52,981 nt of DNA, taken from an uncultured Haloferula sp. (lineage in GTDB: Bacteria; Verrucomicrobiota; Verrucomicrobiia; Verrucomicrobiales; Akkermansiaceae). The DNA is taken from the NCBI GenBank assembly GCA_965652295.1, contig CBFGTS010000022.1, forward strand, positions 1 through 52,981, written 5' to 3'. The translations under genes were made by a program, and so were the position numbers. Below are positions 18,799 to 28,339 of this stretch, in pieces. Each line of letters starts with the position of its first letter. The stretch's first letter is position 1. The notes under the pieces are model-generated. The model saw nothing but the letters and a program-made list of their open reading frames with translations, did no database searches and was not told the origin of the DNA.

Positions 18799-19623
18799 AT
18801 GCACTTCGAACCCTTTCAGATCGGCTCCGTGCCCGTCGGCGGCTCCCTGCCGGTTTTCATCCTCGGTCCCTGCGCCCTCGAAAATGAGGCTTTCGCCTGG
18901 GACATGGCCCGCTCTCTCAAGGAGATCGCCGACAAAACCGGCATCCCTTTCATTTTCAAAGCGTCCTACGACAAGGCCAACCGCACCTCGGTCACGTCGT
19001 TCCGCGGCCCGGGCGTCGAGGAAGGCTGCCGCATCCTCGGTGAAATCGGCAAGGCGCTCAACGTGCCCGTCACCACCGACGTCCACACCGCCGAGCAAGC
19101 CGAGATCGCGTCCGAACACGTCGACCTGCTGCAAATCCCCGCGTTTCTCTGCCGCCAGACGGATCTCCTCGAAGCCGCCGCCAAGACCGGTCGCGCGGTG
19201 AATGTCAAAAAGGGCCAGTTCCTCGCCCCGTGGGACACCGTGAACATCGCCGAAAAGCTGCGGGCCTTCGACTGCCACAGCTTTTTCATCACCGAGCGCG
19301 GCACCACCTTCGGCTACAACAACCTCGTCGCCGACATGCGCTCGCTCTACTGGATCCGCAAGGAAGGCATCCCGGTCATCTTCGACGCCACCCACTCCGT
19401 CCAGCGCCCCGGCGGCCTCGGCGGCACCACCGGTGGCGATGGCGAACTGGCCCCGGTGCTTGCCCGCGCGGCGGTCGCCACCGGCATCGACGGCCTGTTC
19501 ATGGAAACCCACTCGGACCCCGCCAACGCCATGTCCGACGGCCCGAACCAGATTCCGCTCGAATTCATGGAGGATGTGATCGTCCGACTGATCGCCGTGC
19601 ACCACGCTGCCCACGGCGCATGA
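18799..19623 (+). CDS. kdsA: KDO-8-phosphate synthase
   Basis: GPC.LE, KASYDKANRTS, QIPAFLCRQTDLL, KKGQFLAP, ERGTTFGYNNLV.D, FDATHSVQ, SDG. Confidence 0.97.
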   Translation: MHFEPFQIGSVPVGGSLPVFILGPCALENEAFAWDMARSLKEIADKTGIPFIFKASYDKANRTSVTSFRGPGVEEGCRILGEIGKALNVPVTTDVHTAEQAEIASEHVDLLQIPAFLCRQTDLLEAAAKTGRAVNVKKGQFLAPWDTVNIAEKLRAFDCHSFFITERGTTFGYNNLVADMRSLYWIRKEGIPVIFDATHSVQRPGGLGGTTGGDGELAPVLARAAVATGIDGLFMETHSDPANAMSDGPNQIPLEFMEDVIVRLIAVHHAAHGA

Positions 19624-19627
19624 CCGC

Positions 19628-20935
19628 ATGACCCGCCCTCGGAAATCCCTGTCGCTGCCAACCCTCCACCTTGCGGGATGGGTCTGGCTGGGGATTTCAA
19701 CTGCGGCTTCCTCACAGGGACTCGGCTTCGGTCAGCAGAACCAGGACGAATCCCCGATGGCCCTGCCCGGCATGGAAATGCTCGTGGATGGCAGCATTCT
19801 AGAGGACGTCCTCATCCCCCGCTACGACGAGAACCGCAGACTGGCTTCCGCCCTCCGTGCCGAAAAGCTGGTGCTCGTCACCAAGAACCGCATCGACGCC
19901 ACCGAGGCCCGGATCGAGTTCTACCACTCCGACGACGAGACCCTCCGCGGCCGGATCGACCTGGAAACCGCCCTCCTGCGGAATTCGAACATGCTGCGCT
20001 CCAGCGATCCGGTGGAGCTCCGGTCCGACGATCTCACCGCCCACGGCACCGGCCTGGTGTATCAGATCGATCGCAGCCGCGGCTTGCTGCTCGGACCGGC
20101 CACCGCCACCATGATGATCTCAGAAACCCCGAAGGAAACCTCCATGAACACCCGTTCTCCGCTTCTTTCCGCGGCCGGCGCGCTGATGCTGGTCTCGACC
20201 GCCCCCGCGGCGGAAACCCCGGCCCGCCTCACCCCTGAGGAGGTCGAGGGCCTCAACCGCCTCGCTGTTTCGGCGGAGCCGGAAATGGAAGCTCGCCGCC
20301 AGGCCGCGGACGCGGAGATCGAGCGGACGGAAGCCCAGATGGCCGAGGCCGGCGGCTCGCTTGAGTCGTTCCTGAAAAAAGCGGCGGTCGACCTGCCCCA
20401 GGGACCCGCCGCCGACCTGACGAAAGAGGTCGCCGCGCCGGACACCTCGACCCTCAAGAATCCGGCGACCGTGACCGCCCGGGACGGCATCTTTTTCGAT
20501 TCCGAAGAAGGTGTCATGGTCCTGCTCAAGGACGTCGAGTTCGATCACCCGCAGTTCACCCTCAAGGGCGCGGACGAAGTAAAAGTGTTTTTCTCCAAAC
20601 CGCCGGAAGGCGCCAGTGAGGCCAAGGGCGAAAACGAAATGGACGTCGACTTCGGCGAGGCTTCGAAGGTCACCGCCGTCGGGGAACTCGTCCTGGAGAA
20701 GAAAGTCCTCAAACAAGGCGACAAAAGCGCCAAAGCCTCCGGACGGCAGATGATCTACGACGTCGAAAACGACATTTTCATCATCCGCGGAGGTCGGCCG
20801 TGGGTCATTTCGGAAGGCCTCAGCGGCTATGTGACGGACCCGAACGGCTACATCCGAGTGAACGTCAAGACCGGCGACGCCTCGTTCGTCGGAGACTCGA
20901 AGGCGTTTGTGGAAAGCGACCAAGTTGACCAGTGA
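19628..20935 (+). CDS. LptC-like plus LptA/OstA-like LPS export protein (single ORF)
   Basis: Lies between kdsA and lptB; two beta-strand-rich regions (S.DPV.L...L.A.G.GL; A.G.....D......I.GG.P) separated by an internal signal-like segment. Confidence 0.65.
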   Translation: MTRPRKSLSLPTLHLAGWVWLGISTAASSQGLGFGQQNQDESPMALPGMEMLVDGSILEDVLIPRYDENRRLASALRAEKLVLVTKNRIDATEARIEFYHSDDETLRGRIDLETALLRNSNMLRSSDPVELRSDDLTAHGTGLVYQIDRSRGLLLGPATATMMISETPKETSMNTRSPLLSAAGALMLVSTAPAAETPARLTPEEVEGLNRLAVSAEPEMEARRQAADAEIERTEAQMAEAGGSLESFLKKAAVDLPQGPAADLTKEVAAPDTSTLKNPATVTARDGIFFDSEEGVMVLLKDVEFDHPQFTLKGADEVKVFFSKPPEGASEAKGENEMDVDFGEASKVTAVGELVLEKKVLKQGDKSAKASGRQMIYDVENDIFIIRGGRPWVISEGLSGYVTDPNGYIRVNVKTGDASFVGDSKAFVESDQVDQ

Positions 20936-21687
20936 CCCAGCCGCAGATGTCCGTCCCTACCCCGCTTCTCAGCGCCGATTCCCTTCGCAAATGCTACGGC
21001 GGCCGCGCCGTGGTCGATGGCGTCTCGATCAACGTCTCGCCGGGCGAAATCGTCGGCCTCCTCGGACCGAATGGTGCCGGAAAAACCACCTCGTTCTACA
21101 TGATCGCCGGCATCGTCCCGCCCGATGCCGGCTCGGTGAAATTCTCCGGAACCGATATCACCGGGCTGCCGATGCACCGCCGCGCCCGCCTCGGACTCGG
21201 CTACCTGCCCCAGGAAGAGTCGATTTTCCGCAAGCTCTCCGTCACCGACAACCTCCTCGCGGTCCTCGAAACCCGTGGCGATCTCAACCGCCAACAACGG
21301 ATCGAACGAGCCGAACAACTCCTCGAGCGCTTCAAGATCACCAAGGTCCGCAAGTCACAGGCGATCACACTTTCCGGCGGCGAAAAGCGCCGCCTCGCGA
21401 TCGCCCGCACGCTCTGCACCGAGCCTCGCCTGCTGATGCTCGACGAACCGTTCGCCGGCATCGATCCCATCGCCGTCGAGGACATCCAGAGCATCGTCCG
21501 CGAACTGCGCGAGCGCGACGGCCTCGCCATCCTGATCACCGACCACTCGGTGCGGGAAACCCTGTCGATCGTTGACCGCGCATTCCTCATCCACGACGGC
21601 AAGGTCATCCTCGAAGGTGCCTCCGAAGCACTTGTCAACGATCCCACCGCCCGCAAGCACTACCTCGGCGAGGATTTCCGAATGTAG
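20932..21687 (+). CDS. lptB: LPS export ABC transporter ATP-binding protein
   Basis: GLLGPNGAGKTTSFYMI.G, GYLPQE.SIFRKL, LSGGE.RR, LDEPFAG.DP, LITDH.VRETL, YLGE.F; alternative start 20947. Confidence 0.95.
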   Translation: MTQPQMSVPTPLLSADSLRKCYGGRAVVDGVSINVSPGEIVGLLGPNGAGKTTSFYMIAGIVPPDAGSVKFSGTDITGLPMHRRARLGLGYLPQEESIFRKLSVTDNLLAVLETRGDLNRQQRIERAEQLLERFKITKVRKSQAITLSGGEKRRLAIARTLCTEPRLLMLDEPFAGIDPIAVEDIQSIVRELRERDGLAILITDHSVRETLSIVDRAFLIHDGKVILEGASEALVNDPTARKHYLGEDFRM

Positions 21688-21779
21688 CACGCAGGGCTAC
21701 GGAAAGGCCTCATATCCGGGTCCCACTTCCCCATTCCCGAAGCCTTTGCCCTTGTCCGGCGGGCCCGTGGAACCAGAGC

Positions 21780-22481
21780 ATGGGAGCCATGAAGTGCCAT
21801 CACTGTGGCGGCCGCCTCACCGGTGACCTGACCGTTTGCCCCTACTGCGGGGTCAGGACGCAGGTGGATTTCAAGGTCGTGAACCACCGCGACCTCGGAG
21901 ACGGCCGCACCTCGATGCCGTGCCCGCTTTGCGAAGACACATCGCTCAAAACCATCGAGTTCGACACCCGCCCGCCCGTCCACGTGGAAACCTGCGGCAC
22001 CTGCCACGGCATTTTCTTCAATCCCGGCGAACTCGAAACCGTCCTCTCCTCCGAAACCCATCCGACCGTCTGGATGGACACCTTCCGCATCGACGCCATC
22101 GCTTTGGAGCCCGGCCACCGCAGGCTCGATTTCTACCGCGCCTGCCCGATGTGCGACGACCGGATGAGGCGGTTGAACTTCGGCGGGCGCAGCGGCGTGA
22201 TCATCGACTCCTGCGGACTCCACGGCGTCTGGCTCGATGCCGGCGAGCTGAACCGGCTCCTCGGCTGGTGGCACGCCGGCGGCAAGCACATCCACCAAGC
22301 CCATGAACTGGACAAGGCCCGCGCCCTCGAAGAGCTGAGGCGCAGCGCGCCACCCGTGTTTCCCGCCTCCTCGGGCGGCACATGGTCCGCCGGAGAGACC
22401 TCCTGGGACACGACGAACTCCAACCTCTTCCTCGAAGCCCTGGCCATCATCGGACGATTGATCCTGGACCTCGCCCGGTGA
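21780..22481 (+). CDS. multi zinc-ribbon protein (two zf-TFIIB-like domains)
   Basis: Six CxxC/CxxH pairs; C..C.G.FF..GEL and ID.C..HG.WLD.GEL motifs. Confidence 0.8.
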   Translation: MGAMKCHHCGGRLTGDLTVCPYCGVRTQVDFKVVNHRDLGDGRTSMPCPLCEDTSLKTIEFDTRPPVHVETCGTCHGIFFNPGELETVLSSETHPTVWMDTFRIDAIALEPGHRRLDFYRACPMCDDRMRRLNFGGRSGVIIDSCGLHGVWLDAGELNRLLGWWHAGGKHIHQAHELDKARALEELRRSAPPVFPASSGGTWSAGETSWDTTNSNLFLEALAIIGRLILDLAR

Positions 22482-22503
22482 ACTCCATCCCGCGGCACAT
22501 TTT

Positions 22504-22517
22504 TGTTCACACGAACA
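22504..22517. promoter_or_regulatory. LexA (SOS) box, Verrucomicrobia type
   Basis: TGTTC-ACAC-GAACA perfect palindrome just upstream of TTGACG (22528) and recA. Confidence 0.88.
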
Positions 22518-22564
22518 TCTTTTCCATTTGACGGACTCCTTCGCTCCTGCGAGAGATCCACGCC

Positions 22565-23593
22565 ATGGCCAAGACCGCTGACGACTCCTCCAAACTCGCC
22601 GATGCCCGCAAACGCAACCTCGATCTGGCCATCTCCCAGATCCAGAAGGAATTCGGCGAGGCCGCCATCATGCGGATGGGCGACGAGCGCCGCATGGATA
22701 TCGATGTCATCCCCACCGGCAACCTCGTCATCGACCGCGCCCTCGGTGTCGGCGGCTTCCCCCGCGGCCGGATCATTGAAATTTTCGGCCCCGAGTCATC
22801 GGGTAAAACCACCCTCACCCTCACCGCCATCGCCCAGGCCCAGAAAAGAGGCGGCCTGGCGGCCTTCATCGACGTCGAACACGCCCTCGACCCGCAGTAC
22901 GCCAAACGCCTTGGCGTCAATCTCGACGACCTGCTCGTTTCCCAGCCGTCGTCCGGCGAGGAAGCCCTGCAAATCTGCGAAGCCCTCGTCCGCTCGAACG
23001 CCATCGACGTGATCGTGCTCGACTCCGTCGCCGCCCTCGTCACCAAGCAGGAACTCGATGGGGAAATCGGAGACTCCACCGTGGGGGCGCAAGCGCGCCT
23101 GATGAGCGCCGCCATGCGGAAGCTCACCAGCTTCATTTCCAAAGCCCGCACCGTCTGCATTTTCACCAACCAGATCCGGGAGAAGATCGGCGTCATGTTC
23201 GGCAGCCCCGAAACCACGCCCGGAGGTCGCGCCCTGAAGTTCTTCGCCTCCGTCCGCGTCGATATCCGCCGCATCGGCCAGATCAAGGCCACCGACGGCA
23301 CCGTCCAAGGCAACCGCACCAAGATCAAGGTGGTGAAAAACAAGGTCGCCCCGCCGTTCACCGACTGCGAGTTCGACATCATGTACAATGAGGGTATTTC
23401 CTCGACCGGATCGCTGCTCGATCTCGCGCTCGAGTTCGATCTCGTCCAGAAGCGCGGATCCTGGTTCGCCTACAACGGCGAACAACTCGCCCAAGGCCGG
23501 GACGCCGCCAAGCAGGCCCTCAAGGACAACGAGGAACTCTACAACGAACTCGCCGAAAAAGTCCGCGAGAAGCTCGACGAAGGGAAGAAGTAG
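22565..23593 (+). CDS. recA: recombinase RecA
   Basis: [50 protein letters not shown]. Confidence 0.99.
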   Translation: MAKTADDSSKLADARKRNLDLAISQIQKEFGEAAIMRMGDERRMDIDVIPTGNLVIDRALGVGGFPRGRIIEIFGPESSGKTTLTLTAIAQAQKRGGLAAFIDVEHALDPQYAKRLGVNLDDLLVSQPSSGEEALQICEALVRSNAIDVIVLDSVAALVTKQELDGEIGDSTVGAQARLMSAAMRKLTSFISKARTVCIFTNQIREKIGVMFGSPETTPGGRALKFFASVRVDIRRIGQIKATDGTVQGNRTKIKVVKNKVAPPFTDCEFDIMYNEGISSTGSLLDLALEFDLVQKRGSWFAYNGEQLAQGRDAAKQALKDNEELYNELAEKVREKLDEGKK

Positions 23594-23792
23594 GCGGGAC
23601 GCTGCCGTTTCGCAGAATCACGCAGCGCCGCCGGGCCGACTGCTCGTCGCACGGCCCCCTCCGCCTCCCACCCAAGGTCATGGTCCATGCTTCCAACCAC
23701 CCATCCGATGTGGGGCATCGTGTCGCTCGACATGGTCTGCGCACGCCTGATCACGGTCGTCACAAAGCACTGCCAACAACCTGCGAAGGCAG

Positions 23793-24221
23793 ATGACCCT
23801 CTGGGCCCAGCTTGCAGCGTCGATCGCCCTCGCCACCTTCTTTTCCGTCCTCACTTTTTCGCGCGCCCGGCCCATGGCCATCGCAATGCTCATCCCTCTG
23901 GGCGGAGGCTGGCTGGTGCTCGCCTCGCTGGGGTGGAGCTACCTGGTGATGACCACCTCATACGAGCGCGGCGCAGCCGTATTCCGATTCGGATTCGACC
24001 CTCTACTCCCCGCCCTGATCACCTACGGCTCCATGGCCCTGGCCATGGTTCTCGGAATCTCCATCCTGGCTTCGCTCTTCTGGCAGCGTGACCACTCCCT
24101 TCGCCAACGGATCTCTTACGCCTTCGCCGCCCTGGCGATCATATGGCATTTGAGCATCCTCTCGCTCCTGCCGTGGCGACTTCAGAAATTGCTCGACTGG
24201 ATGGACATCGCACACCCGTGA
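23793..24221 (+). CDS. hypothetical membrane protein (about 4 TM segments)
   Basis: 142-aa hydrophobic ORF with GAAGG upstream. Confidence 0.6.
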   Translation: MTLWAQLAASIALATFFSVLTFSRARPMAIAMLIPLGGGWLVLASLGWSYLVMTTSYERGAAVFRFGFDPLLPALITYGSMALAMVLGISILASLFWQRDHSLRQRISYAFAALAIIWHLSILSLLPWRLQKLLDWMDIAHP

Positions 24222-24248
24222 CCGAACCCGAAGCGGCCACTCACCGCC

Positions 24249-25214
24249 TCACTCGCACAACGGTTTGCAGAGCCTCCGCACCGCCGGGTCCAGCTCGTAC
24301 TTGGAATCGCAGACCTGATGGACGGAGCGGGTGGCATAGGTGCCATCCCGGTAAATCATGATCGAGTCCTTTTCCCCGCGCTCAAGAGCATCCACGGCTC
24401 CCACTGCGAACTTGTAGGCCATGAGGCGGTCCCGCACCGTCGGCGAACCGCCACGCTGGACGTGGCCGAGCACCGTGAGCCGCGCTTCCATGCCGATCGT
24501 GTCGTTGATCCAACGGGTCAGGTAGTCGCCCATCTTGGTCCCTTCGGCGACGATCGCGAGGATGTAGTTGCGACCTTCCTTGAAATCACGCCGCAGGCGT
24601 TCCGCGATCGAGTCCAGATTGTAAGGTAACTCCGGAGTCAGACAGATTTCCGCTCCGCAGGCCAGGGCGCTGACCATCGCCAGATAGCCGCAATGGCGTC
24701 CCATCACCTCGATCACGAACGCGCGTGAAAACGAATCCGCCGTGTCGCGGATCGAATCGACCGACTGGCGGATCATGTTCAGCGCGGTATCGACGCCCAG
24801 GCAGTAGTCGGTTTCCGGAATGTCGTTGTCGATCGTCGCCGGAATTCCCGCGAAGGGGACGCCGAAATCGGCGTAGAACTGGTTCATTGCGCGGAACGAG
24901 CCATCGCCTCCGACAACGATCAGCTTTTCGATGCCCCGCTTCTTCAGGTTTTCGTACGCCTGCCGACGGAACTCGATATCGAAGAACCGCTTCGAGCGCG
25001 ACGACCGCAAAAACGTTCCGCCGCGGTGAAGAATGCCGGACATCAGGGTCTTGTCGGCCTCCGCGAAACGGCCGTCGATCAGCCCCCGCAAGCCGTCGTA
25101 GACGACCCACGGCTTGTAGCCGACGCTGGCGGCGTATTCCGCCGCGCACTTCACGGCGGGGTTCATTCCTGCCGAGTCTCCTCCGGAGGTGAAAATGGCG
25201 AGTCCCTTGCTCAT
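24249..25214 (-). CDS. pfkA: ATP-dependent 6-phosphofructokinase
   Basis: TSGGDSAGMN, GGTFL.SSR, GGDGSF, P.TIDND, EVMGR.CG, AEG, LGHVQRGG. True start is ATG 25214, inside the longer track ORF. Confidence 0.95.
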   Translation of the reverse strand: MSKGLAIFTSGGDSAGMNPAVKCAAEYAASVGYKPWVVYDGLRGLIDGRFAEADKTLMSGILHRGGTFLRSSRSKRFFDIEFRRQAYENLKKRGIEKLIVVGGDGSFRAMNQFYADFGVPFAGIPATIDNDIPETDYCLGVDTALNMIRQSVDSIRDTADSFSRAFVIEVMGRHCGYLAMVSALACGAEICLTPELPYNLDSIAERLRRDFKEGRNYILAIVAEGTKMGDYLTRWINDTIGMEARLTVLGHVQRGGSPTVRDRLMAYKFAVGAVDALERGEKDSIMIYRDGTYATRSVHQVCDSKYELDPAVRRLCKPLCE

Positions 25215-25253
25215 GTTCGGGCGGGAGGGAAAGACGCCATCCCGCCCATGGCA

Positions 25254-25270
25254 AGCATCCCTTGTGCCCG
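25254..25270 (-). promoter_or_regulatory. putative sigma-54 (-24/-12) promoter of pfkA
   Basis: Minus strand cgGGCACAagggaTGCt, GG-N10-GC, about 40 nt upstream of the ATG. Confidence 0.55.
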
Positions 25271-25343
25271 ACCTTCCGTTGGGGGGAAGAAATTCGCTCC
25301 CGGGCTGGCCACCACCGGTGCGGACCGTCATGCTGGCCGCGTC

Positions 25344-26366
25344 ATGGCCATGATTTCCCGGCGCAAACAGCGCTACCCGGTCAGCCCGCCTCTGTGGCAA
25401 TACCTTTACCATTTCGACCGCATGCGGGATATCCCGCAGGTCTACGACGACCTCTTCCATTTCTCCGGCTCGATTCCCTACGAAGACCCCACGGGCACGG
25501 AAACGCTGTGGCTCACCGTCTTTTACGAGCCTCACCACATGGAGGAGCTGCGCCCCAAGCTCACCCAGATCTACACCGAGCTGAAAGTCGGCGGTGCCAC
25601 CGAGCGACACGACCACCTGCTGGTCGACCGCATCGACTTCGGTGAGTTCGGTAACTCCCGCCCGTTCCGCATCCGCATCACCAATCTCGACAACGACAAC
25701 TCGGACTATTTCTACGTCAAACACGCCGATGCCTCGCGCATTTTCGGTCTTGAGCTTGAGCACATCCTTTCCCCCAGCCGGATCAACTATCTCGTCAAGG
25801 GCAACACCCTCATCGAGGAACACATCGCCGGCGTTCCGGGCGATGTCTATCAGCGCGATTACATGAAAGGGAAGGACCTCAACAAGGTCCGCATCGCCAA
25901 GGAATTCACCAAGTTCAACGAGCGCTGCTTCATCCGCCTGTTGGGCGACATGCGCAGCGTCAACTACGTGGTCGAGATCACGCCCGACTTCGAGGAAGTC
26001 CAGTACCGCGTGCGACCGATCGACTTCGACCAGCAGAGCTATCAAGGAAAGGGCAAGATCTACCTGGCCTACCACTTCGACTCGAACCGCGCCGTCACCC
26101 GCCTTGCCTTCGACGTGCTCAACCGCCGTGCCATCGAGCAGTACGTCGCCGAAGAGCACGCCCAGATGACCCGCCGCGCCAAGGTCGAGGGCGGCCGCCT
26201 CAAGGCCCTGTTAGGCGTGATGCAAAGGGAGGAACTCGCCCCGCGCACCCACGTCGCCCGCCTGGCCCAGGATCTGGCGAAGTACCACCACACTGATATT
26301 TTCCGCGACTGCGGAAGCATGGGCGAACTCACCGCCACCCACATCACCCACATGCTGGATCTTTGA
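25344..26366 (+). CDS. conserved hypothetical protein with kinase-like motifs
   Basis: Strong GC3-biased codon usage; motifs FYVK, IEEHIAG, LGDMRSVNY, IDFD. Alternative start 25350. Confidence 0.75.
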   Translation: MAMISRRKQRYPVSPPLWQYLYHFDRMRDIPQVYDDLFHFSGSIPYEDPTGTETLWLTVFYEPHHMEELRPKLTQIYTELKVGGATERHDHLLVDRIDFGEFGNSRPFRIRITNLDNDNSDYFYVKHADASRIFGLELEHILSPSRINYLVKGNTLIEEHIAGVPGDVYQRDYMKGKDLNKVRIAKEFTKFNERCFIRLLGDMRSVNYVVEITPDFEEVQYRVRPIDFDQQSYQGKGKIYLAYHFDSNRAVTRLAFDVLNRRAIEQYVAEEHAQMTRRAKVEGGRLKALLGVMQREELAPRTHVARLAQDLAKYHHTDIFRDCGSMGELTATHITHMLDL

Positions 26367-26391
26367 CCGGAGAGCTCCTGCGGCCACCGCT

Positions 26392-28209
26392 TTAAAACGG
26401 CCAGATCACCGGGATCAGCAGCGAGGCCACCACCCACAGGATCAGGTTGAGCGGCAGGCCGACTTTCACGAAGTCCTTGAACTGATAGCCGCCGGCACCA
26501 AAGACGTAGGTGTTCGTCTGGTAGCCGATCGGTGTGGCGAATGACGCGCTCGCCCCGAACATCACGGCCACCAGAAACGGCGTCGGCGAAACGTCCACCG
26601 CCTCGGCGATCCGGATCACGATCGGGGCCAGCACCACGGCCACCGCGTTGTTGGAAACCATCTCGGTCATGATGCTCGCCAGCAGGTAGATCCCGCAGAG
26701 GATCCCCCACGGCCCCAGAGGCTCCAGGCCGTTCGCCACCAGCTCCGCGAGGGTCTGGGCGGCATGCGTTTTGTCCATCGCCATCCCCAGCACCAGCATC
26801 CCGATGATCAACAGCAGGATTTTCCAATCCACCGCTTCATAGGCCTCCCGCGGGCGCAAGCACTTGGTGAACAGCACGAAAAGCGCCGCGATGAACGCCG
26901 CGCCAAAGGTGTCCAGATCCAGATCGATCCCGATCCAGCGGAAGTTGAACGAAGCGAGAAAGACGAAAAGCACGATGCCCGCGAGAGCGTACGGGGCCTT
27001 CCTTACATTGAACGATTCCGGCCGCGGCTCCGACAGCGTGATGAAGTCCCGCTCCGCCTTGAGTCGCTCGATCCCCTCGCGCGCACCCTCCACCAGCAGC
27101 GTATCGCCGAACTCAAGGGTCAGCGTTTCAAAGTCCCGGGTGATGTTCTGGCCCTCGCGATGGATCGCCAGGATCAAGGCACCGAAGCGCTGGCGGAAGG
27201 CGATCTCCTTGAGCGTCCGGCCAACCAGCGAGGAATTCGGACCGATCATCCCTTCCAGCAGCACCGCTTCCCGCTGCTCCATCGGCTGCAGGTCGCTCTC
27301 GCCGAGACCCACATTCACCCCTTCCGAGCGGTGCAGCTCGGCCACCCCTTTGGTACCGGTGCGGATCAAAAGACGGTCACCGGCCTCCAGCGTGATGTCT
27401 CCGAGCGATTCCTCCAGCACCCGGCCGCGGCGGCGGACTTCCATGACCCGCAGCTTCCGGGACCGATCGCTCATGGCTTCCACCACGCTCTTTCCAATCA
27501 AGGATGACCCCTCCGCGACCGCCGCCTGAATCAAGAATTCCCGCCCCTTCGTGGCATCGAGCAGCGTGGCGAGCGTGTCCCGCGCGGGCAGCAGTTTTTT
27601 CCCGAACAACACCAGATAAGTGCCTCCGACTAACGCATAGACGGCACCCAGTGGCGCGATCGCGAACAATTCGAATGCCGCCACCCCTTTGTCCCTCGCA
27701 ATGCCATCGACGAGGATGTTGGTCGAGGTCCCGGCCATTGAACAGGTTCCGCCGAGGATGGTCGCATAGGACATCGGAATCAGCAGCCGCGAAGGCTTCG
27801 CGCCGCTATCGCGGCAAAACCCGAGGACCACCGGCAACAGGATCACCACCAGCGGGGTGTTGTTGACAAAGGCGGAGCAAACCGTGCATCCGACCAGGAT
27901 CGCCACCAGCGCCCTGGTCTCGCTGCCCCTCGCCACCGTGTTGAAAAGTTCCCCGAGCCGCGCGATCTGCCCGGTTCGCTCCAATGCCGCGCTGATGATG
28001 AAGAGCGCCCCGATCGTCACCGGCGCCGGGTTGGCGAAGGCCGCCAACAGGTCATCGCGGTTCACGATCCCCGTCAGCAGCAACAGGCCGGCACCGCCGA
28101 GCGCCACCAGCTCCACGGACCACCGATCCCACAAGAATGCCGCGAATATCGCGATCGTGAGGGCGAAGACAAACCATTGATGCCAGTCGGGCGACACGCG
28201 CGGGAGCAT
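26392..28209 (-). CDS. SLC13/DASS family permease with two TrkA-C (RCK-C) domains
   Basis: SAFVNNTP.V, LIPMSYATILGG..S..GTSTN, two GD.LL repeats, SNNA.A, ASF.TPIGYQTN..V.G.GGY.F.DF; start 28209 or GTG 28197. Confidence 0.9.
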   Translation of the reverse strand: MLPRVSPDWHQWFVFALTIAIFAAFLWDRWSVELVALGGAGLLLLTGIVNRDDLLAAFANPAPVTIGALFIISAALERTGQIARLGELFNTVARGSETRALVAILVGCTVCSAFVNNTPLVVILLPVVLGFCRDSGAKPSRLLIPMSYATILGGTCSMAGTSTNILVDGIARDKGVAAFELFAIAPLGAVYALVGGTYLVLFGKKLLPARDTLATLLDATKGREFLIQAAVAEGSSLIGKSVVEAMSDRSRKLRVMEVRRRGRVLEESLGDITLEAGDRLLIRTGTKGVAELHRSEGVNVGLGESDLQPMEQREAVLLEGMIGPNSSLVGRTLKEIAFRQRFGALILAIHREGQNITRDFETLTLEFGDTLLVEGAREGIERLKAERDFITLSEPRPESFNVRKAPYALAGIVLFVFLASFNFRWIGIDLDLDTFGAAFIAALFVLFTKCLRPREAYEAVDWKILLLIIGMLVLGMAMDKTHAAQTLAELVANGLEPLGPWGILCGIYLLASIMTEMVSNNAVAVVLAPIVIRIAEAVDVSPTPFLVAVMFGASASFATPIGYQTNTYVFGAGGYQFKDFVKVGLPLNLILWVVASLLIPVIWPF

Positions 28210-28339
28210 CAGCCGCCCCCGCTCCCCGGCCAAGCGCGAAGTGCAATCCGCGAGGCAATGAAGGCCTTGCCCGCCGCACACACGATTCGATTGCCAGAGC
28301 GGCGGCCATCCGTATGCTGTCGCCCCTTTCGCGAAAGCC

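Noticed and set aside
23594..23792. Short ORFs or an RNA element downstream of recA
   Set aside because: No convincing RBS, motif or stable structure.
25215..26159. Long N-terminal extension of the pfkA ORF (636 aa in the track)
   Set aside because: Antisense shadow of the 25344-26366 gene; PFK homology begins at ATG 25214.
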